Positions 1-10,473 of a stretch of 55,203 bases of DNA are shown piece by piece; positions within the stretch are counted from its first letter, which is position 1, and the number at the start of each line of letters is the position of its first letter. Location: assembly GCA_016866415.1 (NCBI GenBank), contig VGML01000001.1, positions 1 through 55,203 of the forward strand, read 5' to 3'. The translations under genes and the position numbers were made by a program. The notes below the pieces were generated by a model. It searched no databases, had not been told where the DNA came from, and saw nothing but the letters and a program-made list of their open reading frames with translations. The stretch comes from Bacteroidota bacterium (lineage in GTDB: Bacteria > Bacteroidota > Bacteroidia > Flavobacteriales_D > Crocinitomicaceae).

Positions 1-1447
1 TATCTCCAAAATCAGACTGGCTAACTTCTACTGCTTGATCTTTCGAAACACTCTTTATTAATTGATCTTTACTCAGTTTTTGTTTGATTTCTGTAAAAGC
101 CAACTCAAGATTGATATCTTGTTCCACTGCAATTTGACGAGCATATAATTTTCTGTTTTCTTGTTCTTTCAAAATTTGATGCTTATTAAATTCTGAAACT
201 AAAATCATTGAAAAAAGAGTCAATAATAAAAACCTTTTTGCGCCATTATTAATTCGCGTTACTTGAAAAACAAAAAGAAGTATTAATGGAAATAAGGACG
301 AAAAGACAGCATTTTTTTGAAATAAAATTAAAAATGATGCAAATACGACCAATACAATGAAGAAGACCTTATTATTTTCTTTTGTTTTCAGAGATAAAGC
401 AAAAACTTTGTAAACCATAAAAAGCCCAAATCCGGTGACAAAAAGAGACAAATAAGAATAAATTGTCAAATCAAAAAAATCAAGAAAATTCAACGGAATT
501 ACAGAATATAGAACGATCATTTTTATGATTTCTATAATCGACCACCACCCAAGAATAAACCATATGAATAGAAAATAATTGCCAAACTTGACTCGTTTAA
601 TTATTTTTCCAATTAGCGCAAATGTGGCTGATCCGACAAGTACATTCAAACAGAAATCTAGAAAGTTTGAAAAATAACGATTGTAACCGAATAAATCAGC
701 CGAAATAAAAGTTTGATTTTCAAATATTTGTTCAATATCAATTACAAAAAATAAAAATCGAACTAAAAATAAAAACCCAAACGATAGGCCTATTTGAGTC
801 GAGTTAAAACTGAATTTATTGTAAAAACCAATTCCTAACAAAGCTATTGCAAAACAAATAAAAACCAATATCCATGGATTATCATTTTGCCTATTGGTAG
901 GAGAAATTACGGAAAACAGGTATTTACCTGAACTATTCTTAATCTGAAAACCTTCCGATGGATTCAAAGAAATTGTAAAAGAACTTTCACAGAGCTCACC
1001 ATTCGACCTGTTTTCTAAAAAAGCATTTTCATAATCGAATTCATTACGGATTTGATACGATACAACTATTTTCTTGTCCTTTTCTTGATAAACGCGGGAA
1101 TAATACCATCCGTTTTGAAGCCTATTTACTCCATCAGATGGAAATTGAATGTTTGTAAATTTGGAAATGGGAACTTTGTTTGTATTCCAATAAATAAGGG
1201 AATCTTCTTGGTATAAATGAACTAAAAAAGGTGTTTTTGCTGGATTGGAAAAATTTGTGTTGGAGGCCAATAATTTTTTCGCTGACTGCTGTAAATCCCG
1301 ATCCAATTGCGAAATCTTAGTTTGGAGTTTCTCGAAATCAATGGGGGTTTCTCTTGATAATCTGAATGCGACTAAAGCACTTAAAAACATGAATCCCGAA
1401 AAAACAAAAATACGTTGATCAAAAATCCATTTTAAAATGGTCTTCAT
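1..1447 (-). CDS. multi-pass membrane protein, N-terminal portion only (gene runs off the left edge); possibly the sensor module of a signalling protein
   Basis: Absent from the ORF track because there is no stop inside the window. The reverse frame appeared open, by partial hand translation, from the ATG at 1447..1445 (MKTILKWIFDQRIF...) toward position 1, and no competing ORF is listed in 1..1443. The ATG overlaps the udk stop as ATGA. Layout is an N-terminal TM, an extracytoplasmic stretch of about 180 aa, then about 7-8 hydrophobic helices (e.g. NPWILVFICFAIALLGIGFY, NYFLFIWFILGWWSIIEII). The function is a guess. Confidence 0.55.
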   Translation of the reverse strand, partial: MKTILKWIFDQRIFVFSGFMFLSALVAFRLSRETPIDFEKLQTKISQLDRDLQQSAKKLLASNTNFSNPAKTPFLVHLYQEDSLIYWNTNKVPISKFTNIQFPSDGVNRLQNGWYYSRVYQEKDKKIVVSYQIRNEFDYENAFLENRSNGELCESSFTISLNPSEGFQIKNSSGKYLFSVISPTNRQNDNPWILVFICFAIALLGIGFYNKFSFNSTQIGLSFGFLFLVRFLFFVIDIEQIFENQTFISADLFGYNRYFSNFLDFCLNVLVGSATFALIGKIIKRVKFGNYFLFIWFILGWWSIIEIIKMIVLYSVIPLNFLDFFDLTIYSYLSLFVTGFGLFMVYKVFALSLKTKENNKVFFIVLVVFASFLILFQKNAVFSSLFPLILLFVFQVTRINNGAKRFLLLTLFSMILVSEFNKHQILKEQENRKLYARQIAVEQDINLELAFTEIKQKLSKDQLIKSVSKDQAVEVSQSDFGD

Positions 1448-2067
1448 GAATCAAGATTTTGAATGAGCTGATTTCGCAAACTATCAAAGTCGGTATCCGC
1501 ATTATGGTCATTTCTAAAAATGAAATTTGCTCGGTTTCTATAGGGCTCTATGAATTGTTCGTAACACGGTAAAACGTGATTATCCCATTGATATAAAATA
1601 TCAGCGCGCTTATATCCACGTGTTTCTTGATCACGATAAAGTCGTCTATCCAGTTGAATTCCGTGGTCTACATCTACAAAAACGCTATAGTCAATCGCCT
1701 TAGAAACTTCCTTGTAATGAAACAAAAACAATCCCTCGACGATTAATAAATCGGCAGGCTCAATGGTAATTAACACATTTTTATCTGGGGGAGAATTAAA
1801 AAAATATTCTTTAACTTCAATTGGCTCTCCTTTAATCAACTGCAATAAATCAGAAGTTAATTTCGCTTCATTGAGAGCTTTAGGCAAATCGAAATTAACG
1901 ATTCCATTTTTATCCTTTGCTTGTTTCTCAATCGGAAAATAATAGTTGTCCATCGAAAAAACGGCTGTGCTTAAGTTAGAAAATGATTCAGACAACCTTT
2001 TCAGTAAAGTCGTTTTTCCAGAACCACTTCCTCCACAAATTCCAATAACAAAAGGATTTTTAGTCAT
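1444..2067 (-). CDS. udk: uridine kinase
   Basis: P-loop GICGGSGSGKTTL near the N-terminus, and the length and overall sequence are typical of uridine/cytidine kinase. The likely start is the internal Met (MTKNPFVIGICGG) at 2067 rather than the ORF-track start at 2103. Confidence 0.88.
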   Translation of the reverse strand: MTKNPFVIGICGGSGSGKTTLLKRLSESFSNLSTAVFSMDNYYFPIEKQAKDKNGIVNFDLPKALNEAKLTSDLLQLIKGEPIEVKEYFFNSPPDKNVLITIEPADLLIVEGLFLFHYKEVSKAIDYSVFVDVDHGIQLDRRLYRDQETRGYKRADILYQWDNHVLPCYEQFIEPYRNRANFIFRNDHNADTDFDSLRNQLIQNLDS

Positions 2068-2181
2068 ATTAAGTCTCGTACAAAGATAGAAAAATGAACA
2101 CAACTTTTTCGAAGTATTGAACGTTTATTAAAACACATTCAAATGAAAAATTGTAACTTTCCATTCAAATTATAAGATTAG

Positions 2182-2814
2182 ATGAAAATAATTAGTTCCA
2201 TTTTTATTTCGGTTTTGGTTGGTTTCTCTTGTTTTACTCAGATAAAAAAGGGAACCTCAATGCCTTTGAGTGACTTACAACTGTTAGATGTGAAAACAAA
2301 TGCGAAAACCATTTTAAAAGAAAATAAACTAGAAAAAGGTCTTATTATTATTTTTACTTGTAACACGTGTCCTTTTGTGGTTGGAACTCCTGACTTTCCG
2401 GGATGGGAGCGCCAATATAATACGATTTTCGATCAGGCTGTTAAACGCAATGTGGGTTTTGTCTTGGTAAACTCAAACGAAAAAAATCGCCAATTGGGGA
2501 TAAGTGAAGGTGTAGATTCAGAAAACCAAATGAAAAAACATGCAGAAGAAGCAGGATATCAAATGCCCTATTTATTGGATGAGAAATCTACTTTAGCCAA
2601 TGCTTTTGGTGCGAAAACGACCCCTCATGTTTTTCTATTTAACGAAGATTTGAAATTAGTGTATTCAGGATCCATTGATAATATTTGGGACAACAAAAGA
2701 AAGGAAGACATTCCTTATCTTATAAATGCAATTAACGGACTCAGTCAAGAAAAAAAAATAAAACCTTCCGCGACCCCTCCAAAAGGATGCAGCATTAAAC
2801 GCTATACCAACTAA
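2182..2814 (+). CDS. secreted thioredoxin-fold (redoxin / AhpC-TSA-like) protein
   Basis: N-terminal signal-like hydrophobic segment, a CxxC motif (CNTCPFV), and a TTPHVFLF segment typical of the cis-Pro loop region of thioredoxin-fold proteins. Confidence 0.7.
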   Translation: MKIISSIFISVLVGFSCFTQIKKGTSMPLSDLQLLDVKTNAKTILKENKLEKGLIIIFTCNTCPFVVGTPDFPGWERQYNTIFDQAVKRNVGFVLVNSNEKNRQLGISEGVDSENQMKKHAEEAGYQMPYLLDEKSTLANAFGAKTTPHVFLFNEDLKLVYSGSIDNIWDNKRKEDIPYLINAINGLSQEKKIKPSATPPKGCSIKRYTN

Positions 2815-2845
2815 TTGATAAACTAAATTTTATAATTCAAAGAAA

Positions 2846-3067
2846 ATGACAACTTCCATATACAAAAAACTAAAAAACGGTAAAGAGGGTACAATTTTCA
2901 AATCGGATAATATTGTTGAAACAAACTGTATTGTTTGCAATAAGAAAATATTAGAGCAAGAAGTTGTTTATCAAGCAGATGGATTGCACGATTGCTGTTC
3001 CCTAGAGCATGCTGTTGAGTATCTAAATGACAACCTTGATTCAATTATTTGGCAGTGGCCATTGTAA
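2846..3067 (+). CDS. small Cys-rich hypothetical protein (TRASH/YHS-like metal-binding pattern)
   Basis: 73-aa ORF in a short gap between same-strand genes. The pattern CIVCNKK...(17 aa)...CCSLEH resembles the C-x2-C...C-x3-C/H pattern of a TRASH/YHS zinc ribbon. No stronger evidence. Confidence 0.45.
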   Translation: MTTSIYKKLKNGKEGTIFKSDNIVETNCIVCNKKILEQEVVYQADGLHDCCSLEHAVEYLNDNLDSIIWQWPL

Positions 3068-3087
3068 AAATCACTAAAAACTAAACC

Positions 3088-5364
3088 ATGAAATTTTTAT
3101 TTAGCATTTCCCTTCTTTTTGCAACTGGAATTCTCTTTTCTCAAATCCAAGGAAATGGAGGTGTTCCAAAAGGATTGAAACAAAAAGATCTTTCTAAAAA
3201 AATTGATCATCGAACGTTTGCTCAACCAAATATTGAAGAACTTCGTGCAGAGGATGCTTTGGTGGACAATACAGGAACAGCACCTTGGAGATTCGGTTTT
3301 AAAAATTATACCAACTTAGGGTTAAATAATAGTGGGTCTTGGATTAATATACCAAATGGAGATAGAATTTGGTTATTAAAAGTCAGTTGCGAAAAAGCAT
3401 TAACTGTAAATTTAACTTTTTCAAATACAACAATCCCAGAAGGAAATGAATTGTATGTCTACAATGATTCAAAAGATTTTATTTTAGGAAAGTTCAATGC
3501 AAACCACATTTATAATGGTCAATTGGGAACGGAGTTAATTCCTGGAAACACTGCAATCATTGAATATTATGTAAAAAGGGGAACTGATTTGGGTAACGTT
3601 CAAATTTCAACGGTTACACACGGTTATCGAACGGCTGATGAGTTTCAAGCTAAGGCATTTGGCGGTTCGGGCGCATGCAACATGAATGTGAATTGTCCGG
3701 ATGGTTTACCTTGGCAATTAGAACGAAATAGTGCTGTAATGCTAGTTTCTGGAAGTAATGGTTTTTGCTCGGGAGCGTTAATTAACAATACATTAAATGA
3801 TGGAAAGCCTTACGTTTTAACTGCCAATCATTGTTATTCTGACCCTACAAACTGGATTTTCCGTTTCAATTGGCAGTCTGCTGATTGCAATAACCCTGCG
3901 GCATCACCTACTTTTCAATCATTAAGTGGAGCAGTATTGAGATCGAGAAGAACTCCTACTGATTTTTGTTTGGTTGAAATAACCGGTGGTCTTCAAGGAA
4001 ACACTGTTCCGTTAACATACAATCCCTATTTTGCAGGTTGGAACAACGCGGACGCACCACCAACATCTTCTGTTTGTATTCACCATCCTTCAGGAGATAT
4101 TAAGAAAATAGCATTCGATGATGCACCTGCTGTATCAAGTCAAGGAATGGGATCAAGCGAAGCTAATTCAACATGGACCGTAGAATGGGATCGAAATACA
4201 ACGACAGAAGGAGGTTCGTCGGGTTCTCCATTGTTCGATCAAAATCACCGAATCATTGGTCAACTTTGGGGTGGTGGAGCTTCGTGCACTAATCTAAGCG
4301 CTCCAGATTATTACGGACGATTACATAAATCATGGGAACCAGCAAATTCAACAAGCTCTAATCAATTGAAATTCTGGCTCGATCCAAATAATTCAGGTAC
4401 TGAGTTTATCGATGGATATGATCCATCAAACGCTACTCCTGTTGCTGTTGATCCAGGAGTTACAAATCCTCAAGGAGTATCAGGAACATTTTGTGGAGCA
4501 GAAGTAACACCCCAAGTTACTATTCAAAATAATGGTTCAGATGCTTTAACAACAGTTGATATTGTTTATGGATTTGATGGAAATCAAGATTTAGTGTTTA
4601 ACTGGATAGGAAACTTAGCTCAGTGGCAATCTACCGCTGTTTCTCTTCCTACAGCAACCTTAACGGCTGGAGCACACACTTTTGCAGCTGCTGTTTCAAA
4701 CCCAAATGCCGGATTAACGGATGAAAACAGTAATAATAACTCAGTAAGTTCATCCTTTACTATTGTTATAGGTGGTCAATCGGTACAATTAAATTTAGTG
4801 TTAGATTGTTACGGTTCAGAAACAACGTGGGAATTACAAAATGCTTCATCAACTGCAGTTTATGCCGGTTCAGGATATCCGGATGATCAACCGGGCCTTG
4901 TCACACTAGATCCTTGGTGCCTGAATGATGGTTGTTATACTTACTACATTATGGATAGCTACGGAGACGGAATGGATGGTGGGTTCTGGTGTCAAGAAGA
5001 CGGAAGCGTATCTATTGTTTTTGACGGCGAGGTATTAGCAGAAATTCTAGAGTCTGAGGCAGATTTTGGCGATCAAACTAGTTTACAATTTTGTATTGGA
5101 CAGTCGGGAATTGAATGGAACACAGACGAGTTGGTCTCATTATGGCCGAATCCAATTTCTGAAGGAATGATCAACATTCAAACTGGAAGTGAAGATGTAA
5201 GCGTGGTTTCTATTCTGACTATAAATGGGCAACGCTTATCATCCAAAACAAGTTCTTCTAGCCTTGTTCAATTCGATACCAATAGGCTAAGTCAAGGAAC
5301 TTATTTGGTAGAAATCGTTTCTGGAAAAGAAAGAAAAGTGTTGAAGTTTATTAAAACAAGATAA
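3088..5364 (+). CDS. secreted trypsin-fold serine endopeptidase (lysyl-endopeptidase-like) with T9SS type A C-terminal sorting domain
   Basis: Signal peptide. Catalytic His context LTANHC and catalytic Ser context GGSSGSPLF. The C-terminal ~80 aa (LWPNPISEGMINIQ...GTYLVEIVSGKERKVLKFIK) match the Por/T9SS sorting-domain pattern. Confidence 0.8.
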   Translation: MKFLFSISLLFATGILFSQIQGNGGVPKGLKQKDLSKKIDHRTFAQPNIEELRAEDALVDNTGTAPWRFGFKNYTNLGLNNSGSWINIPNGDRIWLLKVSCEKALTVNLTFSNTTIPEGNELYVYNDSKDFILGKFNANHIYNGQLGTELIPGNTAIIEYYVKRGTDLGNVQISTVTHGYRTADEFQAKAFGGSGACNMNVNCPDGLPWQLERNSAVMLVSGSNGFCSGALINNTLNDGKPYVLTANHCYSDPTNWIFRFNWQSADCNNPAASPTFQSLSGAVLRSRRTPTDFCLVEITGGLQGNTVPLTYNPYFAGWNNADAPPTSSVCIHHPSGDIKKIAFDDAPAVSSQGMGSSEANSTWTVEWDRNTTTEGGSSGSPLFDQNHRIIGQLWGGGASCTNLSAPDYYGRLHKSWEPANSTSSNQLKFWLDPNNSGTEFIDGYDPSNATPVAVDPGVTNPQGVSGTFCGAEVTPQVTIQNNGSDALTTVDIVYGFDGNQDLVFNWIGNLAQWQSTAVSLPTATLTAGAHTFAAAVSNPNAGLTDENSNNNSVSSSFTIVIGGQSVQLNLVLDCYGSETTWELQNASSTAVYAGSGYPDDQPGLVTLDPWCLNDGCYTYYIMDSYGDGMDGGFWCQEDGSVSIVFDGEVLAEILESEADFGDQTSLQFCIGQSGIEWNTDELVSLWPNPISEGMINIQTGSEDVSVVSILTINGQRLSSKTSSSSLVQFDTNRLSQGTYLVEIVSGKERKVLKFIKTR

Positions 5365-5372
5365 CTACGGTT

Positions 5373-6494
5373 TTGGCCGGGATTTACATTCACATTCCTT
5401 TTTGTAGAAAACGCTGCTCTTATTGTGATTTCCATTTTTCGACAACCTTCTCAAATTACAGAGAAGAATTAATCTCTGCTATTAATCGCGAGATTGAACT
5501 GCGTAAATATGAATTAAAGGAATCCATTGAAACTATTTATTTTGGTGGTGGAACTCCAAGCCTTTTGACAGAAGAAGAATTAAGTTCTATTTTAGAAACC
5601 ATTCGTAATTTATTTCCAATTAATCAAGAAGTTGAAATTACACTTGAGGTCAACCCGGAAGATGTTAATTTGGAAACGATAACTTACTGGAAAATTTTAG
5701 GTGTAAATCGGATTTCAATTGGACTTCAATCGTTCAAAGAATCTGACTTAAAATGGATGAATAGAGCACATGATTTAGAACAAGGATTTGAAGCGGTAAA
5801 CCTACTTAAAAAACAGGGCTTTGAAAATATTTCCGTTGACTTAATTTATGGGTTACCTGGTTTAACTTTACTCGAATGGGAGCAACATTTAAAACAAGTT
5901 ATCGCATTGAATATTCAACATATTTCAGCCTATTGTCTGACTGTTGAGAAGCGAACAGCATTGAATCATTTTGTGAAAACAGGAAAATTAAAAACACCTA
6001 GCGAAGACATCCAATCCGAACAATTTAATTTAATGTTGCGGGTTTTAAACCAAAACGGGTTTTTTCAATATGAGATTTCCAACTTTGCTAAACCAGTATA
6101 TGAATCCAAACATAACTCATCGTATTGGCAAAACAAGCCCTATTTAGGCGTTGGACCTTCGGCGCATTCGTTCGATGGAAAAACGCGAAGATGGAACATT
6201 TCAAACAACACCAACTATTACAAAAATGTTGGTACAAATGAATCGTGGTTTGAAATGGAAATCCTATCTAAAAACGATCAATGGAACGAACTTTTTTTAA
6301 CTGGTTTAAGAACCATTTTTGGGGTGTCTAAAACCAGTTTGTCAGAACTTGGAAAACTATCATCTTCAGAAATAAAAACCATGGGTTCTCTTAAAGAGCA
6401 AGGCGAACTCGTTGAAACTGAAAACGCATACATTTTAACCGAGAAAGGCCGACTCAAAGCCGATGGAATTGCGGCTTCGTTTTTTAGAATTTAA
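5373..6494 (+). CDS. hemW: radical SAM heme chaperone HemW (HemN-like, oxygen-independent coproporphyrinogen oxidase family)
   Basis: Radical SAM CxxxCxxC motif (CRKRCSYCDF) at the N-terminus, followed by GGGTPS and a HemN C-terminal-like region. Apparent TTG start. Confidence 0.88.
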   Translation: MAGIYIHIPFCRKRCSYCDFHFSTTFSNYREELISAINREIELRKYELKESIETIYFGGGTPSLLTEEELSSILETIRNLFPINQEVEITLEVNPEDVNLETITYWKILGVNRISIGLQSFKESDLKWMNRAHDLEQGFEAVNLLKKQGFENISVDLIYGLPGLTLLEWEQHLKQVIALNIQHISAYCLTVEKRTALNHFVKTGKLKTPSEDIQSEQFNLMLRVLNQNGFFQYEISNFAKPVYESKHNSSYWQNKPYLGVGPSAHSFDGKTRRWNISNNTNYYKNVGTNESWFEMEILSKNDQWNELFLTGLRTIFGVSKTSLSELGKLSSSEIKTMGSLKEQGELVETENAYILTEKGRLKADGIAASFFRI

Positions 6495-6516
6495 GTTCGA
6501 TTGCAATAAAGTCAAA

Positions 6517-7758
6517 TCACACTTTATCTAAGGCTTGACTAATATCAGCGATTAGGTCTTCATAATTTTCCACGCCTATGGATAATCTCACAAGTTTGTC
6601 GGTTATGTTCATTCGCTCTTTATCAGCAAAAGGAACATCTGCATGAGTCATTGTTTGTGGGTGTTCGGCAAGACTTTCAGTTCCACCTAGAGAAACAGCC
6701 AGCTTTATCAACTTTAACGAATCTAAAAAAGTAAAGGCCTGTTCTTCTCCTCCTATGATGTCAAAACTAATCATTGCACCTCCAGAAGTAAATTGTCTTT
6801 CAAAAATGGAAATTTCTTCACTTGATCCTGTTTCATGAATGAACCCTAAGTAATAAACAAATTCAACCTTCGAATGACTTTGAAGGAATTTTGCCACTTC
6901 AAAAGCATTCTTGGCTTGTTGTTCCATTCTAACCTTCAGTGTTTCCAGGCTTCTCATTAGTAACCAACCGTTCCAAGGCCCGGCCATGTTACCTAAAAAT
7001 GTACGCAAGCCCTTCACTCTTAACATGGTCGCTTTTGAACCTAAACAGGCCCCCGCTATTACATCAGAATGCCCGCCAATGTATTTTGTTGCGGAATACA
7101 AAACCAAATCTGCACCGTGTTTTAAGGGATGTTGCCAAATGGGTCCCATATAGGTGTTGTCAACGGATAAAATAATTTCACCATTTTCCCCTTCAAAATG
7201 ACGCTTAATTTCGGCACACATTTCAATGTCTATAAGCGCGTTCGTTGGATTAGCTGGCGTTTCTATATGAATCATTTTTAGCTTATCCTTTTTTCCAGAT
7301 GCATTAATTCGTTCAATAATTTCATGTTTTGTCTCTCCCGGATAAAATCCGATTGAATCAATGTTCATTTTCTTTAGAAAGTTATTTATAAAATGATCTG
7401 TTCCACCGTAAACCGGTCGACTATAAAGCAAAGTATCTCCAGGGCTCAAAAACTCAAGCATGGCTGTAGAAATAGCCGACATGCCACTTTCAAAAACCGC
7501 GCAATCTTCTGCCTTATCCCACAAAGACAAACGATTTTCCAATATTTCCAAGTCAGGATTGTTTATCCGGCTATAAATCAAACCTAGTTGCTCATTTTCT
7601 TCAGGTGCGCTAATACCATATGCTAATTGAAAAAACCGCTTACCCTCTTTTGCTGAACTAAAAACAAAGGTAGAAGTTTGAAATATTGGGCATTTGATTG
7701 CTCCCTCGGAAAGAGAAGGATCATAACCATAACTCATCATTAAACTTTCAGGTCTCAT
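6517..7758 (-). CDS. PLP-dependent Cys/Met-metabolism enzyme, methionine gamma-lyase / cystathionine gamma-synthase family
   Basis: PLP-lysine motif SATKYIGGHSDVIAG and family-wide similarity (NPTN, DNTY). Transcribed divergently from an Lrp/AsnC regulator. Confidence 0.85.
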   Translation of the reverse strand: MRPESLMMSYGYDPSLSEGAIKCPIFQTSTFVFSSAKEGKRFFQLAYGISAPEENEQLGLIYSRINNPDLEILENRLSLWDKAEDCAVFESGMSAISTAMLEFLSPGDTLLYSRPVYGGTDHFINNFLKKMNIDSIGFYPGETKHEIIERINASGKKDKLKMIHIETPANPTNALIDIEMCAEIKRHFEGENGEIILSVDNTYMGPIWQHPLKHGADLVLYSATKYIGGHSDVIAGACLGSKATMLRVKGLRTFLGNMAGPWNGWLLMRSLETLKVRMEQQAKNAFEVAKFLQSHSKVEFVYYLGFIHETGSSEEISIFERQFTSGGAMISFDIIGGEEQAFTFLDSLKLIKLAVSLGGTESLAEHPQTMTHADVPFADKERMNITDKLVRLSIGVENYEDLIADISQALDKV

Positions 7759-7898
7759 GTTATTTCTTTTTATTCCCCAAAATTATACCCATTCTTTATA
7801 AGTTTTTTTATAAAGAAAAACATACTATTATTTGCCTTATTCATAAAATATATTACTATTTTTATTCTTTTATAACGTAAATATTAGAATCTATTTCT

Positions 7899-8351
7899 AT
7901 GGAAACACTTGATGGATTAGATTACAAATTGCTTGAATTACTTTCAAAGAACGCTAAAGCCCCAACAAAATACTTAGCCGCAGAGATTGGTTTGTCGGTT
8001 ACACCAACTTTTGAGCGGATCAGAAGAATGGAGCGCCTTGGAATAATTACAGGTTATACAACTTTATTGGATAAGAATAAAATAGGTAAAGGTCTACGTG
8101 TGCTATGTCAGGTAACCTTAAAAGCACATAAAGAAGATTTGATTTCAATATTCGAAAAAGAAGTAAAATTATTGGATGAAGTAAATGAGTGCATGCACAT
8201 AGCGGGAAATTTTGACTATTTGCTCGTTGTTGAAGTAAAAGACATCCAATCCTATGAATTTTTTCTGAAGCAAAAATTGGCAAAATTGGAAAACATCTCC
8301 AATGTTCAGAGTTCCTTTGTTTTAGGCCAGATTGTCAAGTCGTTTTCTTGA
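7899..8351 (+). CDS. Lrp/AsnC family transcriptional regulator
   Basis: 150 aa. N-terminal HTH (LDYKLLELLSKNAKAPTKYLAAEIGLSVTPTFERIRRME) followed by a C-terminal RAM/AsnC-type ligand-binding domain pattern. Confidence 0.85.
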   Translation: METLDGLDYKLLELLSKNAKAPTKYLAAEIGLSVTPTFERIRRMERLGIITGYTTLLDKNKIGKGLRVLCQVTLKAHKEDLISIFEKEVKLLDEVNECMHIAGNFDYLLVVEVKDIQSYEFFLKQKLAKLENISNVQSSFVLGQIVKSFS

Positions 8352-8354
8352 CTT

Positions 8355-10097
8355 TTACAATCGAATCCCCAACTCCTTCAATTGCTTTTCATCCAATGGC
8401 GAAGGGGCATCAATCATCATGTCACGACCGCTGTTGTTTTTCGGGAACGCAATGTAGTCACGAATGGATTCCGAACCACCCATGGTTGCAACCAATCGGT
8501 CTAAACCGAAAGCCAAACCTCCGTGTGGTGGTGCACCGTACTCAAAGGCGTTCATTAAAAATCCAAATTGTGCTTGTGCTTCTTCTTTTGTGAAACCTAA
8601 AAGGTCGAACATTTGGGATTGCAAAGCTCTGTCGTGAATACGAATTGAACCACCTCCCAATTCTACGCCGTTCATCGCTAAATCGTAGGCATTCGCGCGT
8701 ACTTTTCCGGGTTCGGTAGAAATTAAATGGAAATCTTCCGGTTTTGGAGATGTGAACGGGTGATGCATCGCGTGGTAACGTCCGTTTTCCTCATCCCACT
8801 CCAACAATGGAAAATCCAATACCCACAATGGTTTGAACACATCGGGACTTCTCAATCCCAATTGATTTCCCAGGTGCAAACGCAATTCGTTCAATTGTTT
8901 GCGTGTTTTATTCGTTTCTCCGGAAAGCAACAACAAAAGGTCGCCCGGTTGCATATTCGCTTTTTCAGCCCATATTTTCAAATCAGCTTCTGAATAGAAT
9001 TTATCTACCGAAGACTTGTACGTTCCGTCAGCGTTGTAGCGCAAATAAACCATACCTTTTGCTCCGATTTGCGGGCGTTTCACCCACTCCGTCAATTCAT
9101 CAATTTGTTTGCGCGTAAATTCCGCGCACTTGCTTGAGTTGATTCCCAAAACGATTTCAGAGCTGTCAAAAACCACGAAGTCTTTTCCTTGCGCCTCCTT
9201 TGTTAAATCAACGAATTCCATTCCGAAACGGATGTCAGGTTTATCCGAACCGTATTTTTCCATCGCTTCGGCGTAGGTCATTCTCGGAAAAGCGCCTTCA
9301 AACTCAACGCCACGAACTGTTTTGAATAAATGCTTGATTAGGCCTTCAAAGGTATTTAACACGTCTTCTTGTTCCACAAATGCCATTTCACAGTCGATTT
9401 GTGTAAATTCAGGCTGTCTGTCGGCACGTAAATCTTCGTCGCGGAAACATTTCACGATTTGGTAATAACGGTCAAAACCTGAAACCATCAACAATTGCTT
9501 AAACGTTTGTGGTGACTGCGGTAAGGCATAAAATTGTCCTTCGTTCATACGACTTGGCACCACGAAATCACGCGCTCCTTCCGGAGTAGATTTAATCAAA
9601 ACAGGAGTTTCGACGTCCATGAAATTTTGAGAATCCAAATATTTCCGTGTTTCCAAAGCCACTTTGTTCCGCAAAATCAATTTCTGTTGTACCGGATTTC
9701 TTCTTAAATCCAAATAGCGGTATTGCATGCGCAATTCGTCGCCTCCATCGGTTTCATCTTCAATCGTAAAAGGCGGTAATTTCGCTGCGTTTAAAATTTT
9801 TAATTCCGTCACATTGATTTCAATTTCGCCGGTGGGAATGTTTTTGTTTTTGCTACTGCGTTCGATAACGATGCCTGTAACTTGAATCACAAATTCACGC
9901 CCTAATTTTCTTGCTTGTTCGCACAAATCGGCATTCACTTCCATGTTGAAAGCCAATTGCGTAATGCCATAACGGTCGCGTAAATCGGTAAACGTCATTC
10001 CACCTAAATCACGTGAACGTTGCACCCAACCTGCCAAAGTCACGGTAGTTCCAACGTGTTCCATTCTTAATTCACCACAAGTGTGCGAGCGATACAT
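8355..10097 (-). CDS. aspS: aspartate--tRNA ligase
   Basis: Full-length class IIb aaRS: the N-terminal OB fold ([10 protein letters not shown]), motif 2 ([18 protein letters not shown]) and motif 3 (GLAFGLDRL) are all present. Confidence 0.97.
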   Translation of the reverse strand: MYRSHTCGELRMEHVGTTVTLAGWVQRSRDLGGMTFTDLRDRYGITQLAFNMEVNADLCEQARKLGREFVIQVTGIVIERSSKNKNIPTGEIEINVTELKILNAAKLPPFTIEDETDGGDELRMQYRYLDLRRNPVQQKLILRNKVALETRKYLDSQNFMDVETPVLIKSTPEGARDFVVPSRMNEGQFYALPQSPQTFKQLLMVSGFDRYYQIVKCFRDEDLRADRQPEFTQIDCEMAFVEQEDVLNTFEGLIKHLFKTVRGVEFEGAFPRMTYAEAMEKYGSDKPDIRFGMEFVDLTKEAQGKDFVVFDSSEIVLGINSSKCAEFTRKQIDELTEWVKRPQIGAKGMVYLRYNADGTYKSSVDKFYSEADLKIWAEKANMQPGDLLLLLSGETNKTRKQLNELRLHLGNQLGLRSPDVFKPLWVLDFPLLEWDEENGRYHAMHHPFTSPKPEDFHLISTEPGKVRANAYDLAMNGVELGGGSIRIHDRALQSQMFDLLGFTKEEAQAQFGFLMNAFEYGAPPHGGLAFGLDRLVATMGGSESIRDYIAFPKNNSGRDMMIDAPSPLDEKQLKELGIRL

Positions 10098-10194
10098 AAG
10101 CTAAAATTTTAAGGTGCAAAAGTAAGAAATTTAGGGTGGAGTTTCAAGTGTCTTTTTGAACTCTCCTTGACTTCTGAAAGAAGTTTAATTAGGT

Positions 10195-10400
10195 TTGTTC
10201 TTAATATTACACTTCTCTTCTGGAAATCCCCCGCCCAATGTTATTAATACTCAAGCTTCCTCAGCATGGTATAGAGGAGGGAATAATCCAGTCGGACCGG
10301 CAACCAATTACAACTTTTTCGGCACTAAATTGGACTGTCCGATTTATACCATCACTAGTAATCAAAACCGTATGAAATTGAACGGGATTGTAAGCTACAG
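10195..10400 (+). pseudogene. remnant of the N-terminal region of a tail-fibre-like / cell-surface repeat protein
   Basis: The segment AWYRGGNNPVGPATNYNFFGTKLDCPIYTITSNQNRMKLNG follows the pattern W-x3-GN...N-F-x-GT...TN-x2-x-RM-[KR]-[IL]...G, which I recall from the N-termini of Bacteroidota 'tail fiber domain-containing' surface proteins. There is no signal peptide and no credible start, and the frame runs into the 3' end of hflX on the opposite strand. Confidence 0.3.
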
Positions 10401-10473
10401 AAAAGGATTTTCTTATATACAGATATGTATTAAGTCGGTAGGGTCAAGATATAACAAGCTTATTAAAAACAGA

